From an uncultured Candidatus Peribacteria bacterium (GTDB lineage Bacteria; Patescibacteriota; Gracilibacteria; Peribacterales; Peribacteraceae), in NCBI GenBank assembly GCA_964348685.1, contig CAYGDM010000001.1:1-40360 (forward strand): a stretch of DNA of 40,360 nucleotides. Reading direction: 5' to 3'. The translations under genes were made by a program, and so were the position numbers. Position 1 is the first letter of the stretch. Each line of letters opens with the position of its first letter. Shown piece after piece: positions 16,120-25,128 of the stretch. Under the pieces are notes generated by a model that saw only the letters and a list, made by a program, of their open reading frames with translations, was not told where the DNA came from and made no database searches.

Positions 16120-16467
16120 TCACTTCTGACCGCGGTTGCCGGGAAGGAACGACAGGAATTTCTCGAGACGATCCAAGCGATCGTTCCAGAGTTTTTCGTA
16201 TTCCTTAAGATAGCTCGACGCTTCCTCAAAGGCGAACGGGGAAATGCTCACGAAGTACTGCTTGCCGACGCGCGTCTTCGTGACGAACTTCGCTTTTTCG
16301 AGCACGCGAATATGCTTCGAGATCGCCGCGAGTGACATGCCGTACGGTTTGGCAATCTCCCCGATCGACATCTGCGTCGTCGAGCCGCGGCGCAGGATGT
16401 CGCGCCTCGTCGGGTCGGCCAGTGCACCGAACACGGCGTCGAGTTCGTCGGAAGAACATTTAACCAT
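16120..16467 (-). CDS. ArsR/SmtB family transcriptional regulator
   Basis: Winged-helix signature FGALADPTRRDILRR...IGEIAKPYGMSLAAISKHIRVLEKAKFV. Confidence 0.9.
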   Translation of the reverse strand: MVKCSSDELDAVFGALADPTRRDILRRGSTTQMSIGEIAKPYGMSLAAISKHIRVLEKAKFVTKTRVGKQYFVSISPFAFEEASSYLKEYEKLWNDRLDRLEKFLSFLPGNRGQK

Positions 16468-16473
16468 ATGGTT
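16462..16473. promoter_or_regulatory. 12-bp perfect palindrome AACCATATGGTT spanning the ArsR start codon (candidate operator)
   Basis: Perfect dyad centred on the start codon. A TATCAT -10-like hexamer lies on the minus strand at 16476-16481. Confidence 0.3.
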
Positions 16474-16559
16474 TAATGATATTCGAACAGGGATAGGCAG
16501 TCAAGAATGCGCTCCCCTTTCGGTTTTCACGGCATCATATGGGAGCGATGCACGTTTTA

Positions 16560-16568
16560 TGCTATAAT
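16560..16568 (+). promoter_or_regulatory. extended -10 TGCTATAAT, 6 nt before ATG 16575 (leaderless geometry)
   Basis: Exact TGnTATAAT. The A of the ATG is the 7th nt after the hexamer. Confidence 0.55.
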
Positions 16569-16574
16569 GATCCG

Positions 16575-17270
16575 ATGTCCGAAACGCAGCATCCGCAGGC
16601 CCACGAATCCCTCTCGCATGAACACGTCGAGAGGATCTACGCGTTCATGCGCGCGCACCGCACAGCGCTCGAGCCGCTCATCGGCGGAAAACTGCTCGAC
16701 GACACCGGAGATAAAAGCGCACCCGCAGGCAGGGGGTGGAGAAACGTCGTCGAGCACTGCATCGACGTCGGCCGCGCGATTGATCTCGTTGCCGAACTAC
16801 TCGGCCTACCGGACGAAGAACGAGAAGCGATCGTGAATGTCGGTCTCGTCCACGACTGGAACAAGCGCCTGACGAAAGACGGCGGAACGTTCAATAACGA
16901 TGAACGTGAATTTGCCGAAACCTATGCGAAACGGTTCCTCAACGAACACGATCCGAAGGGGCATCTCTTGAACGCGACCGAACCCGCCGGCTTGCCGCGG
17001 CTGGAAGGCCTGGACGCCACAATCGGCGAACACCTCGTGCACCTCATCGACCTCAGCTCGATGGCGCACGGCATCGCGACGCCCGAAGACCGCATCGCGG
17101 ACCTGCGCGAACGGCACAAAGGCGCCGAAGGCGAAACGGACGAGTTCTGGGAACGCAAACTCGCGCTCGCGCTAGAGGAAGAACGCAACATCCTCGGCTT
17201 ACTCCGCGAGAACGGAGCCTCAATCCCGGACGGCGCACGACTCCGCGATGTGATTCGCGCGCGTCTGTAG
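16575..17270 (+). CDS. HD-domain-like phosphohydrolase (putative)
   Basis: NVVEHCIDVGRAI....EEREAIVNVGLVHDWNK gives an H...HD arrangement. The rest is not recognisable. Confidence 0.5.
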   Translation: MSETQHPQAHESLSHEHVERIYAFMRAHRTALEPLIGGKLLDDTGDKSAPAGRGWRNVVEHCIDVGRAIDLVAELLGLPDEEREAIVNVGLVHDWNKRLTKDGGTFNNDEREFAETYAKRFLNEHDPKGHLLNATEPAGLPRLEGLDATIGEHLVHLIDLSSMAHGIATPEDRIADLRERHKGAEGETDEFWERKLALALEEERNILGLLRENGASIPDGARLRDVIRARL

Positions 17271-17283
17271 TACACTCAGGACC

Positions 17284-18288
17284 ATGTCGTTCTGGAAGCT
17301 TTTTCACGAAAGCATCGCCGAGTGGAAACGCGACAATGCCGGGCAGCTCGCCGCGTCGACGGCGTACTACACCGTCTTCTCGATCGCCCCGCTCCTCATC
17401 CTCGTCATTTCCCTGGTCGGCCTGCTACTGGAAGAGGCCGAGGTCGAAGCGTATCTACTGCAGGAGATGCAGGCGCTCGTCGGCGAACAGGGCATGGGCG
17501 CGATCGCTTCGATGCTCGACGCCGCGGAACGCAGCCCTCATTCCACGACGACGTCCGTCGTAGGATTGGCCATCCTCATCTTCGGCGCGAGCGGGCTCAT
17601 GGCATCGCTCCAGAACTCGTTCAACCACATCTGGAAGATCGAGACCCATCCGCACGTGAACACGATTCTCGTCCTCTTCCTCAAGCGCCTCTTCTCGCTC
17701 GGAATGATCCTGACGCTCGGGTTCCTGCTGCTCGTCTCGCTCGTGCTCTCCGCGGTCGTGAGCATCACGGTCGAATTCGTCTCGAACCAGATCCCGACCA
17801 TCGCCATCCTGCTTCCTGTAGCGCACGTGCTGCTTTCGTTCCTCGCCATCACACTCCTCTTCGCCGTGTTCTTCAAATTCCTGCCCGACATCAAAATCCC
17901 CTGGAAAGCCGTGGCGCCCGGTGCCGCACTCACCGCGTTGCTCTTCACGCTCGGCAAGGTGATCCTCGGCACCCTGCTCGGCCAATGGGACTTCACCTCG
18001 GCCTACGGCGTCGCGGGGTCGATCGTCGTCCTCCTTCTCTGGATCAACTACTCGGCACAAGCGATGTTCCTCGGTGCGGAATTTACGAAAGTCTACGCGC
18101 GCGATGCGGGCATGATGGTCTCGCCGCGCTCGTACGCCCAGTTCCGCGGTACGGCGGCTGTAGGCCAGGCACGCCGCAGAATCCTCTGGGGAGCGGCGAC
18201 CGGCATCGCGATGCTCGTCCCGAAAATCGGGTTCACCTTCGCGGTGTGGAAGAATGTCAGGAAAGTGAAGAAGTGGATGAGGCGGTAG
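17284..18288 (+). CDS. YihY/BrkB (ribonuclease BN-like) family membrane protein
   Basis: N-terminal DNAGQLAASTAYYTVFSIAPLLILV followed by about 6 TM helices and ...INYSAQAMFLGAEFTKVY. Confidence 0.85.
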   Translation: MSFWKLFHESIAEWKRDNAGQLAASTAYYTVFSIAPLLILVISLVGLLLEEAEVEAYLLQEMQALVGEQGMGAIASMLDAAERSPHSTTTSVVGLAILIFGASGLMASLQNSFNHIWKIETHPHVNTILVLFLKRLFSLGMILTLGFLLLVSLVLSAVVSITVEFVSNQIPTIAILLPVAHVLLSFLAITLLFAVFFKFLPDIKIPWKAVAPGAALTALLFTLGKVILGTLLGQWDFTSAYGVAGSIVVLLLWINYSAQAMFLGAEFTKVYARDAGMMVSPRSYAQFRGTAAVGQARRRILWGAATGIAMLVPKIGFTFAVWKNVRKVKKWMRR

Positions 18289-18348
18289 TTTCGGCCTTCA
18301 CGGGTGATGCCAATACACGTGTGCTAAGTGGATAAAATGGCCTGAATA

Positions 18349-18357
18349 TGCTATGAT
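18349..18357 (+). promoter_or_regulatory. extended -10 TGCTATGAT, 6 nt before ATG 18364 (leaderless geometry)
   Basis: TGnTATGAT followed by GATCGC and then the ATG. Confidence 0.5.
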
Positions 18358-18363
18358 GATCGC

Positions 18364-20154
18364 ATGTTCCCCCGTTGGAACGAACACACACGCAAACGGC
18401 TCATTCGGATCTGGCGATCTACGGTTTTCATCCAACTGATCGCCCTCTTCATCTTCGTGCCGTCGGTCATCCGGTGGTACAAGGACATCGGCCCCCTGCC
18501 GGAATTGCTCGCACACTACAGCTTCGCGATGTTCGGATGGTTACTTCTCGGCGCTGCCATTTCTCATGTCCATGCGCGCGCCGCCGTCGCGATGGCCATG
18601 ACGCTGTCCTACACCGTTGAAGCATTCCTATGCGCATATGAATTAAAAGCGGGCTTCGCACCGAGCATGCACTTCATACTCGATTCCCACTCCGCGGCGA
18701 TACCGGCGGCGATCGCCGTTCTCGGAATGCCGAAAATGATCCTAGTCTTCGTGGCACTCTCTACGATCGCCCTCTGGTCATTGGCACTGTTCCGCGCCGC
18801 GTTGCGGCGAGCGAACGAATTCAACCGTGTGCGGCGCGGTAGAGTGATGGTCACGACCATCGCATGCGCAGCTATCGGTATCACGCTCATATTCGCCTTT
18901 GGTCGCGTGCCGGAACGCATGACGAACGACATTCAATTGAACAATATCCGACGTGATATCCCGATGATATTTCCAGAAAATGGCGGTTTTTCCACCAAGA
19001 GTGACGACAACGTCTTCATCGTGCAGCTTGAATCAGTGAATGCATTGGCGTTGGAAGGAACTCTTGATGGAGCCACGCCGGACGCGACGTTCCGGAGAAC
19101 AATTGCCCCAGTACTCTCGTCACTCACCGAGCGAGGCGTGTTCTTCCCACTTTTCTGGGGCAACGCCATGATGACGAACCGCGCGCAGGAATCGATCCTC
19201 TGCAGGGTTGTGCGGAACGTCCAGGTAGCCATATCGTTCGAGCTGGAAAACCTGATAGGTACGTGCCTCCCCCACGCGTTCGAACGATCGGGCTACGACG
19301 CGTTCGCGTACCGGTCGGATGACTTGGAATTTTCGAACCAAGGAGCGTTCCTCTTCAGGACCGGTTTCGAGGCAGTTCACAATCAAGACATCGGGCGACC
19401 CGATGACGTCTTTGGTAGTTTTGGATACGACGACTGCACGTTCTATGCGCGCTCGTTCGAACACCTGCGATCGGTCTCGACGGAGAGGAGTAAGACGTTC
19501 GTCTATGTCGAAGTCGTCTCCAACCACTATCCCTTCAGATACGAAACAAAAGCCCGAAGCAAGCCATTCCCCCACCCTTCCACATTCCGTGAGAATCTGT
19601 TGAATTCGATCGCCGCACAAGACGAATGCCTCGGCGTGTTTATGGAGGGGTACGACGCATTCGCCCCTGAGAGCTCGCACCTTTTCATCATGCCGGATCA
19701 CTCTTGGCCGTCCGGATACAACGGCTCCACGTTCAACTCGACGGGTGCGTCGCCGGAAAACTTCCTCGTGAACCTTCTCTACGTGCCGCCGGCGGGCAGG
19801 GCCGGCTACGACAGGGGCTCCATCGCTGAGGAGCGCTTCTCGCAAACCGATATCATGGGAACAATCTTCGACCTGCTGAACGGAACCTCGTCTGCGCAAT
19901 CGTTCGCATGGCGGCTGCGCGGGGAAACGAAGCCTTCGGACTACGAAAACTGCCACGTTCTGACACAGCCGTACGACAACGGAAACGTCGTCGTGGTTAG
20001 GGGGAACGAATATTTCCTCTACAAACTTGTCGATCGCACGATCACCCTCGTGGATTTAGCACATGATCTTAGGGGAGATTCCCCCTCGATTGTCGAGCAA
20101 AACGTTAATTTCACGACATTCTGGGAAAAGTACGGCTGCGAAAAGTACCGGTAA
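18364..20154 (+). CDS. LTA-synthase-like / sulfatase-fold (alkaline phosphatase superfamily) membrane protein
   Basis: About 5 N-terminal TM helices. The extracytoplasmic domain carries VFIVQLESVNA (metal/nucleophile region) and VEVVSNHYPF. Confidence 0.75.
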   Translation: MFPRWNEHTRKRLIRIWRSTVFIQLIALFIFVPSVIRWYKDIGPLPELLAHYSFAMFGWLLLGAAISHVHARAAVAMAMTLSYTVEAFLCAYELKAGFAPSMHFILDSHSAAIPAAIAVLGMPKMILVFVALSTIALWSLALFRAALRRANEFNRVRRGRVMVTTIACAAIGITLIFAFGRVPERMTNDIQLNNIRRDIPMIFPENGGFSTKSDDNVFIVQLESVNALALEGTLDGATPDATFRRTIAPVLSSLTERGVFFPLFWGNAMMTNRAQESILCRVVRNVQVAISFELENLIGTCLPHAFERSGYDAFAYRSDDLEFSNQGAFLFRTGFEAVHNQDIGRPDDVFGSFGYDDCTFYARSFEHLRSVSTERSKTFVYVEVVSNHYPFRYETKARSKPFPHPSTFRENLLNSIAAQDECLGVFMEGYDAFAPESSHLFIMPDHSWPSGYNGSTFNSTGASPENFLVNLLYVPPAGRAGYDRGSIAEERFSQTDIMGTIFDLLNGTSSAQSFAWRLRGETKPSDYENCHVLTQPYDNGNVVVVRGNEYFLYKLVDRTITLVDLAHDLRGDSPSIVEQNVNFTTFWEKYGCEKYR

Positions 20155-20192
20155 TCGTCCCTCTACACCGACTCCTGTACCATGGCTTCGCC

Positions 20193-21083
20193 ATGCTCGA
20201 ACTGCAACGAAAGCTCCTCGGGGACCGCATACGCAACGAAGCCTTCCATGCGGCATTGAAAAATGCGATTTCGCCCGGAAAAAGCATCGTGCTCGACGTC
20301 GGTTCGGGCACGGGCTTCCTCAGTTTCCTCGCCGAGCAATTGGGCGCGAAGGAATGCTGGCTCGTGGAGAGCGGCGACGTCGGAGCGTTGGCAGAGGTGC
20401 TCGCAAAGAACAACGGCATGAAACGTTGCCAGTTCGTGCACGCACATTCCGGCGATGTCCCTCTGCCGACAGCGGACGTTATCGTGTCGGAAACGCTCGG
20501 AAACTACGCGCTGGAGGAGGGTATCATCAGTACGATGAACGGCGCACGGGAATACCTGAAAAAAGGAGGCTCGTTGATCCCCTCCTCTCTCATACAATTC
20601 GCGTGCCCCGTCACATCGCCCCGAATCCAGGAAGAGATCGATGTGTGGGGCGTCGGCTACGGGCTCGATTTCGAAGCCGCACGGCGCATCAGCCTGCAAA
20701 ACATGTACGTGAAAAAGATGAAAAAAACCGACCTACTCGATGGCGGAAAAGCCGCGAAGGCATGGGATAACATCGACTTCACCGCCGAAAATTCTGACGT
20801 ACGCGACGCGGCGATTGAATGGACGATGGACACCGAAACGACGGTATACGGGATCGCGCTGTGGTGGGAAACAACCCTGGCAAAGGGGGTAACGCTCTCG
20901 ACGTCTCCACTCGCCCCCCCTACGCACTGGGAGCACATATACCTGCCGCTCTTCGAACCCATCCAGTGCACGAAGGGGCCTCTGCGGCTGTCACTTCATT
21001 CGGATACGTCGCCCGACGTGGGCATTCGACTCCGATGGGAAATCAACGGCCAGTCCCTCGACACCCAGGCCGGACTACTCTGA
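20193..21083 (+). CDS. protein arginine N-methyltransferase (PRMT)-like class I SAM methyltransferase
   Basis: ML.D..RN.AF..A.. N-terminus. Motif I VLDVGSGTGFLSFLAEQLGA. Double-E loop SETLGNYALEEG. THW loop PPTHWEHIYLPL. The C-terminal part has a beta-barrel-like character. Confidence 0.7.
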   Translation: MLELQRKLLGDRIRNEAFHAALKNAISPGKSIVLDVGSGTGFLSFLAEQLGAKECWLVESGDVGALAEVLAKNNGMKRCQFVHAHSGDVPLPTADVIVSETLGNYALEEGIISTMNGAREYLKKGGSLIPSSLIQFACPVTSPRIQEEIDVWGVGYGLDFEAARRISLQNMYVKKMKKTDLLDGGKAAKAWDNIDFTAENSDVRDAAIEWTMDTETTVYGIALWWETTLAKGVTLSTSPLAPPTHWEHIYLPLFEPIQCTKGPLRLSLHSDTSPDVGIRLRWEINGQSLDTQAGLL

Positions 21084-21172
21084 TGACGACAAGAAACCGC
21101 TGGCACCGTTCGATGGAACAATATGCACGAAACAGCGAGGCGAATGGGGGGGTATAAAAAAGGGCTTTTTTC

Positions 21173-21181
21173 TGATATAAT
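21173..21181 (+). promoter_or_regulatory. extended -10 TGATATAAT, 11 nt before ATG 21193
   Basis: TGnTATAAT preceded by G7, A6 and T6 tracts (21146-21171). Confidence 0.45.
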
Positions 21182-21192
21182 AGAGGGAAACC

Positions 21193-22029
21193 ATGACACC
21201 CGCCCCCAAGCGTCGGCTGAAGATTCTTGAGGCAGCTTCATACCTGCGCGAAAGGATGTGGAGTAGGGATTTCAGCGACTCACGGCGGACGACCTCTTCC
21301 GAAAAGACGCAGGGCATCAGCGTGGTCATCCCCGCGCACAACGAAGAACGCTACATCAAGGATTGTGTGCTCTCGATCGCTGCGCTGAAGGATCCCGCGA
21401 TACATGAGATCATCGTCGTCGACAACGCCAGCACAGACCGAACGGCGGAGATCGCTCGCTCCGTTCCCGGCGTCACAGTCGTGCGCGAGCCGCACAAAGG
21501 GATAACGTGGGCAAGGCAAAAAGGATTAGATATAGCCACCGGCGATCTGTACGCCGCCATCGACGCAGATGTGCGTATATCGCCACAGTGGCTAGCGACT
21601 GTGAAGCGCCGCTTCCAGGATCCGAACATCGTATCGCTGTCGGGCCCCTACGGTTATTACGACCTCACGCGGTGGAAAAATTTCATCATCCGCTTCTTGC
21701 TGCAGCTCATCCTTGCGGAGCAGCGGATCATGGGAAAGCACACAGAACTCATTCGAGGCGGGAACACGGTCTATCGCATGCCCGCCCTTCGGGCCGCAGG
21801 CGGCTTTAACACGGACATCCTTTTCTACGGAGAAGACGTCGACACCTTCATGCGTATCCGGAAGTTTGGAAAAACGGCGTACGACCCGCGAATGTCAGCA
21901 CTATCTTCGGGACGGCGTTTCAACGCCGAGGGGTTTTGGAAAATGCTCTTCATCTACCGCGTCAACTCGGTATGGCAGCACTTGTTCGCCAAGCCGCTGT
22001 TGCACATCACCGAGCACGACTGGCGATAA
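21193..22029 (+). CDS. glycosyltransferase family 2
   Basis: ISVVIPAHNEERYI, IIVVDNASTDRT and AAIDADV (DxD) in a GT-A fold. Confidence 0.85.
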   Translation: MTPAPKRRLKILEAASYLRERMWSRDFSDSRRTTSSEKTQGISVVIPAHNEERYIKDCVLSIAALKDPAIHEIIVVDNASTDRTAEIARSVPGVTVVREPHKGITWARQKGLDIATGDLYAAIDADVRISPQWLATVKRRFQDPNIVSLSGPYGYYDLTRWKNFIIRFLLQLILAEQRIMGKHTELIRGGNTVYRMPALRAAGGFNTDILFYGEDVDTFMRIRKFGKTAYDPRMSALSSGRRFNAEGFWKMLFIYRVNSVWQHLFAKPLLHITEHDWR

Positions 22030-22043
22030 TCGCTTTTCGGCCC

Positions 22044-23378
22044 TCACGGCAACGGCACTGCGCGCCATAATTGCCCTTGCTGCGCCTGCGGCAGAAGATT
22101 AGCGTCACCCTCGCTGTCGCGATCGCGATCATACGAAGCGAACATCGTTCCCGCATACAGGTAACCATCACGGCCCTGCTGCCACGCGACCGGAAGATCG
22201 AGATGACCGAGGTGCTGGTCCGAGATCACCGCGCCCGTCGCGCTGATCTCCACGCCGCGGACGAACCCGAGGTAAAAATCACCGTAGAGCATTTTACCCG
22301 TCAAAAATCCGTTGTAGCGGTCCTGCTCCCCCGGGCGGTATTCAATGCCGACCCACGCGGACCGAAATGAGGACCCTTCCTTTGCCAATGGATCGGCGAG
22401 GATGAATGCGTGCGTCGCCGACATGTCCCATTGTCGCACGGGCGCCGTGAACGTCGCGCAGCTGCCCGTGCGGCACAACGGCCCGTCGCTCATCGGCCAT
22501 CCGAAATTCTGACCGGGCTTCGTCACCACGTTCACCTCTTCGTATGACGTCGACCGAGCATCAGCCACCCAATAGCGACCCTTTTCATCGAATGCACCAC
22601 GCCAGGGATTACGCAATCCATACGCATAGACGAGCCCGCTGCGCTGCGGATCGTTAGGGAATGCGTTGCCTTCCACGAGGCCGTACCCGCTCACGTTCGC
22701 CTTCTTCAGCGGGGCAAAACGCACGACCTTCCCCAATTCGTTCGTAAGATCCTGAGCGTTCACATCACGATGACGCTCACCGATGTTCGCCCACATCGCT
22801 CCGTCGGGTCCGAATGCGATCGTCCCGATGGAGTGCTGGGGAGTGTCCGCCTTCGGATCGCCAACCGCGAGCACGTTCGCCGCCGTGTACAGCGTCTCGC
22901 CGAAATCGACGCTCGACATCGTGTACCGCTTGACGACGTTATACTGCGCATCGATGCAGTAGCCGACGTAGAAAAGACGGTTCGAAACAAAATCTGGATC
23001 GAGGATGATCGAACTGGCTGCACAATCGCCCCCGACGAACACGGCAGGAATCTGGAACGAATCGATCATGACCGCACGGTTCGCTTCCAAGCGGAAGTGG
23101 CCCACTTTCCCGTAGCGGTTCAGCGCGAGGAACTCATCGGAATTCGGGAGAAACGCGAAACTCGTGAGAACGGGAAACTCCCCTCCTTCGAGCGGAATGG
23201 GCTCGAAGCCGATGCGCGTCGGATCGCCACCGAAACGAATGGGCGGCAACGGAGCGAGCTGCACGACCGCGCCCGTAGCGGCGAGCGGCGTCACGTCGAC
23301 GTCCTGCTCGCCGTCCGACGCGAAGCAGCCGACCAGAAGGACGGACAGGGCGAGCGGCGCGAATCGAACACGGACCAT
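22044..23378 (-). CDS. PQQ-dependent sugar (glucose/sorbosone) dehydrogenase-like beta-propeller lipoprotein
   Basis: Lipobox LLVGC after the signal sequence. YAYGLRNPWRGAFD and GQNFGWP are typical of the soluble aldose sugar dehydrogenase family. Confidence 0.8.
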   Translation of the reverse strand: MVRVRFAPLALSVLLVGCFASDGEQDVDVTPLAATGAVVQLAPLPPIRFGGDPTRIGFEPIPLEGGEFPVLTSFAFLPNSDEFLALNRYGKVGHFRLEANRAVMIDSFQIPAVFVGGDCAASSIILDPDFVSNRLFYVGYCIDAQYNVVKRYTMSSVDFGETLYTAANVLAVGDPKADTPQHSIGTIAFGPDGAMWANIGERHRDVNAQDLTNELGKVVRFAPLKKANVSGYGLVEGNAFPNDPQRSGLVYAYGLRNPWRGAFDEKGRYWVADARSTSYEEVNVVTKPGQNFGWPMSDGPLCRTGSCATFTAPVRQWDMSATHAFILADPLAKEGSSFRSAWVGIEYRPGEQDRYNGFLTGKMLYGDFYLGFVRGVEISATGAVISDQHLGHLDLPVAWQQGRDGYLYAGTMFASYDRDRDSEGDANLLPQAQQGQLWRAVPLP

Positions 23379-23442
23379 GCGAAAAGCATGCCAGACGCCG
23401 ACTACGCCCGCTCAAACAAACATGGCTGGGCACAGCAAAAAA

Positions 23443-23451
23443 TGCTATAAT
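23443..23451 (+). promoter_or_regulatory. extended -10 TGCTATAAT upstream of the phosphorylase gene
   Basis: Exact 9-mer 18 nt before ATG 23470. The leader has no SD. Confidence 0.5.
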
Positions 23452-23469
23452 CAAGACCACACACATCCT

Positions 23470-25128
23470 ATGACTCGCACCCTCGACGTCGCGTACTTCT
23501 CGATGGAAATTGGTCTCTCGGAACGTCTTCCGACGTTTGCCGGCGGTCTCGGCATGCTCGCGGCGGACCTCATGCGGTCATGCGCCGACCTTGGTACGAA
23601 CGCAGCCTGCGTCACGATGCGCTGGCAACACGGATATCAACGGCAAACGCTGAACGGCGACGGCACGGTGCGTCACGAAGAGTATGCGTGGGACCCGGCA
23701 GCCGAAGGACTGACGCCGTTGAACGAACACGTAATCGTGCACATCGAAGGGAGAGCGGTCCACGTGGGATGCTGGATGCTGGAATTGCACGGCGCGAAGG
23801 GCGTCTTACCGGTGTATTTCCTCGATACCGACCTTCCTGTGAACCGCCCGGAGGATCGCGAAATCACGCGCAACCTCTACGGCGGCGACCAGGCGATGCG
23901 CATCAAACAGGAAGCGATCCTCGGTATCGGCGGTATCCGTTTGCTCCGGGCACTCGGCATCGCCGAGGTCGGCACGTACCACATGAACGAAGGACACTGC
24001 GCCTTCCTGACGCTCGAGCTACTCAAGGAGCGCAGCTTCAACGACGATGCCGTCCGGCAGTCCTGCGCTTTCACGACGCACACGCCGGTCGCAGCCGGCC
24101 ACGACGTATTCCCCTACGACCTCGCTGGAAAGATCCTCGGCGACATGCTGCCATGGCACATCAAGAAACTCGCGGGCGAGGATGCGCTCTCGATGACGCT
24201 CCTCGCGATGAACCTGAGCCACTACACCTGCGGCGTCTCGAAGCTTCACGGAGGCGTCGCACGCGCGATGCTCGGCAACGGTGCCATCGACCACATCACC
24301 AACGGCATCCACCACCCGACCTGGGCCAGCCCAGAGATGCACACGCTCTTCGACGCGCACATCCCCGGATGGGAAGCGCGGCCGGAGCTCCTCGCCCACG
24401 CGCACGTCCTGCCCGACGACGACCTGCTGAAGGCGCATAAAGCAGCGAAATTACGGCTTATCGAAGCCATTCGCGAGCGTACCGGGCGCACACTCGATCC
24501 AAGCAAACTCATCGCGGTCGAAGCCCGACGCATCGTCCCCTACAAACAGCACGAACTTCTCTATGCCGACGAAATGCGGCTCCGCCAGGTGGGAGACGAC
24601 AAGCTGCAGATCGTCCACAGCGGCAACTCGTTCCCCGGCGACGTGTACTCCGGCGGCGTGATCGCGCACCTGCACGACATCGGCAACCGCTTCGGTTCGA
24701 CGCTGCCCGTGGTCTATGTGCCTCACTACGATCCTACATTCGCAAAGCTCCTCGTGGCGGGCGCGGACGTCTGGCTCAACACGCCCATGCGCCTCAAAGA
24801 AGCATCGGGCACGTCGGGCATGAAAGCCGCGCTCAACGGCACGGTGAACGTCTCGACGCTCGACGGCTGGTGGGCGGAGGCCTATGCGCAAGACCCGGAA
24901 TCAGGCTGGCGCATCGGACCGGAGCGCGAAGTCGCCGACAACGATGAGATGCGGAAACTCGACGCGGAAGACCTCTACACGCAGCTCGAGCTCGAAGTGT
25001 TCCCCTGCTTCGCGGATCCCGCAAAATGGGCAGACCGCATGAAGCGCTCGATCACGCTCGCGGCGACGTTCAACACGCACCGTTGCATCGGGGAATATGA
25101 GGAGAAGGCGTGGCATACGGCACGCTGA
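23470..25128 (+). CDS. glgP: alpha-glucan (glycogen/maltodextrin) phosphorylase, short GT35 type
   Basis: VAYFSMEIGL, GGLGMLAAD and the PLP-lysine motif EASGTSGMKAALNG. The track ORF start at 23164 is a spurious upstream extension. Confidence 0.9.
   Translation: MTRTLDVAYFSMEIGLSERLPTFAGGLGMLAADLMRSCADLGTNAACVTMRWQHGYQRQTLNGDGTVRHEEYAWDPAAEGLTPLNEHVIVHIEGRAVHVGCWMLELHGAKGVLPVYFLDTDLPVNRPEDREITRNLYGGDQAMRIKQEAILGIGGIRLLRALGIAEVGTYHMNEGHCAFLTLELLKERSFNDDAVRQSCAFTTHTPVAAGHDVFPYDLAGKILGDMLPWHIKKLAGEDALSMTLLAMNLSHYTCGVSKLHGGVARAMLGNGAIDHITNGIHHPTWASPEMHTLFDAHIPGWEARPELLAHAHVLPDDDLLKAHKAAKLRLIEAIRERTGRTLDPSKLIAVEARRIVPYKQHELLYADEMRLRQVGDDKLQIVHSGNSFPGDVYSGGVIAHLHDIGNRFGSTLPVVYVPHYDPTFAKLLVAGADVWLNTPMRLKEASGTSGMKAALNGTVNVSTLDGWWAEAYAQDPESGWRIGPEREVADNDEMRKLDAEDLYTQLELEVFPCFADPAKWADRMKRSITLAATFNTHRCIGEYEEKAWHTAR

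Noticed and set aside
21151-21172. AAAAAAGGGCTTTTTT as an intrinsic terminator after the PRMT-like gene.
   Set aside because: The stem would be six A:T pairs around a 2-4 nt loop, which is too weak. The sequence fits better as the AT-rich upstream part of the GT2 promoter.
23164-23469. N-terminal extensions of track ORFs: 23164 for glgP, 34091 for GH57, 35104 for GH15, 6897 for the VirB4-NTD gene, 9994 for the flippase-like gene, 29134 for the giant gene, 37563 and 38452 for the last two plus-strand genes.
   Set aside because: The extensions overlap upstream genes or promoters and translate to Arg/Pro-rich nonsense. The family-typical N-termini begin at internal ATGs that sit right after upstream stops or -10 elements.
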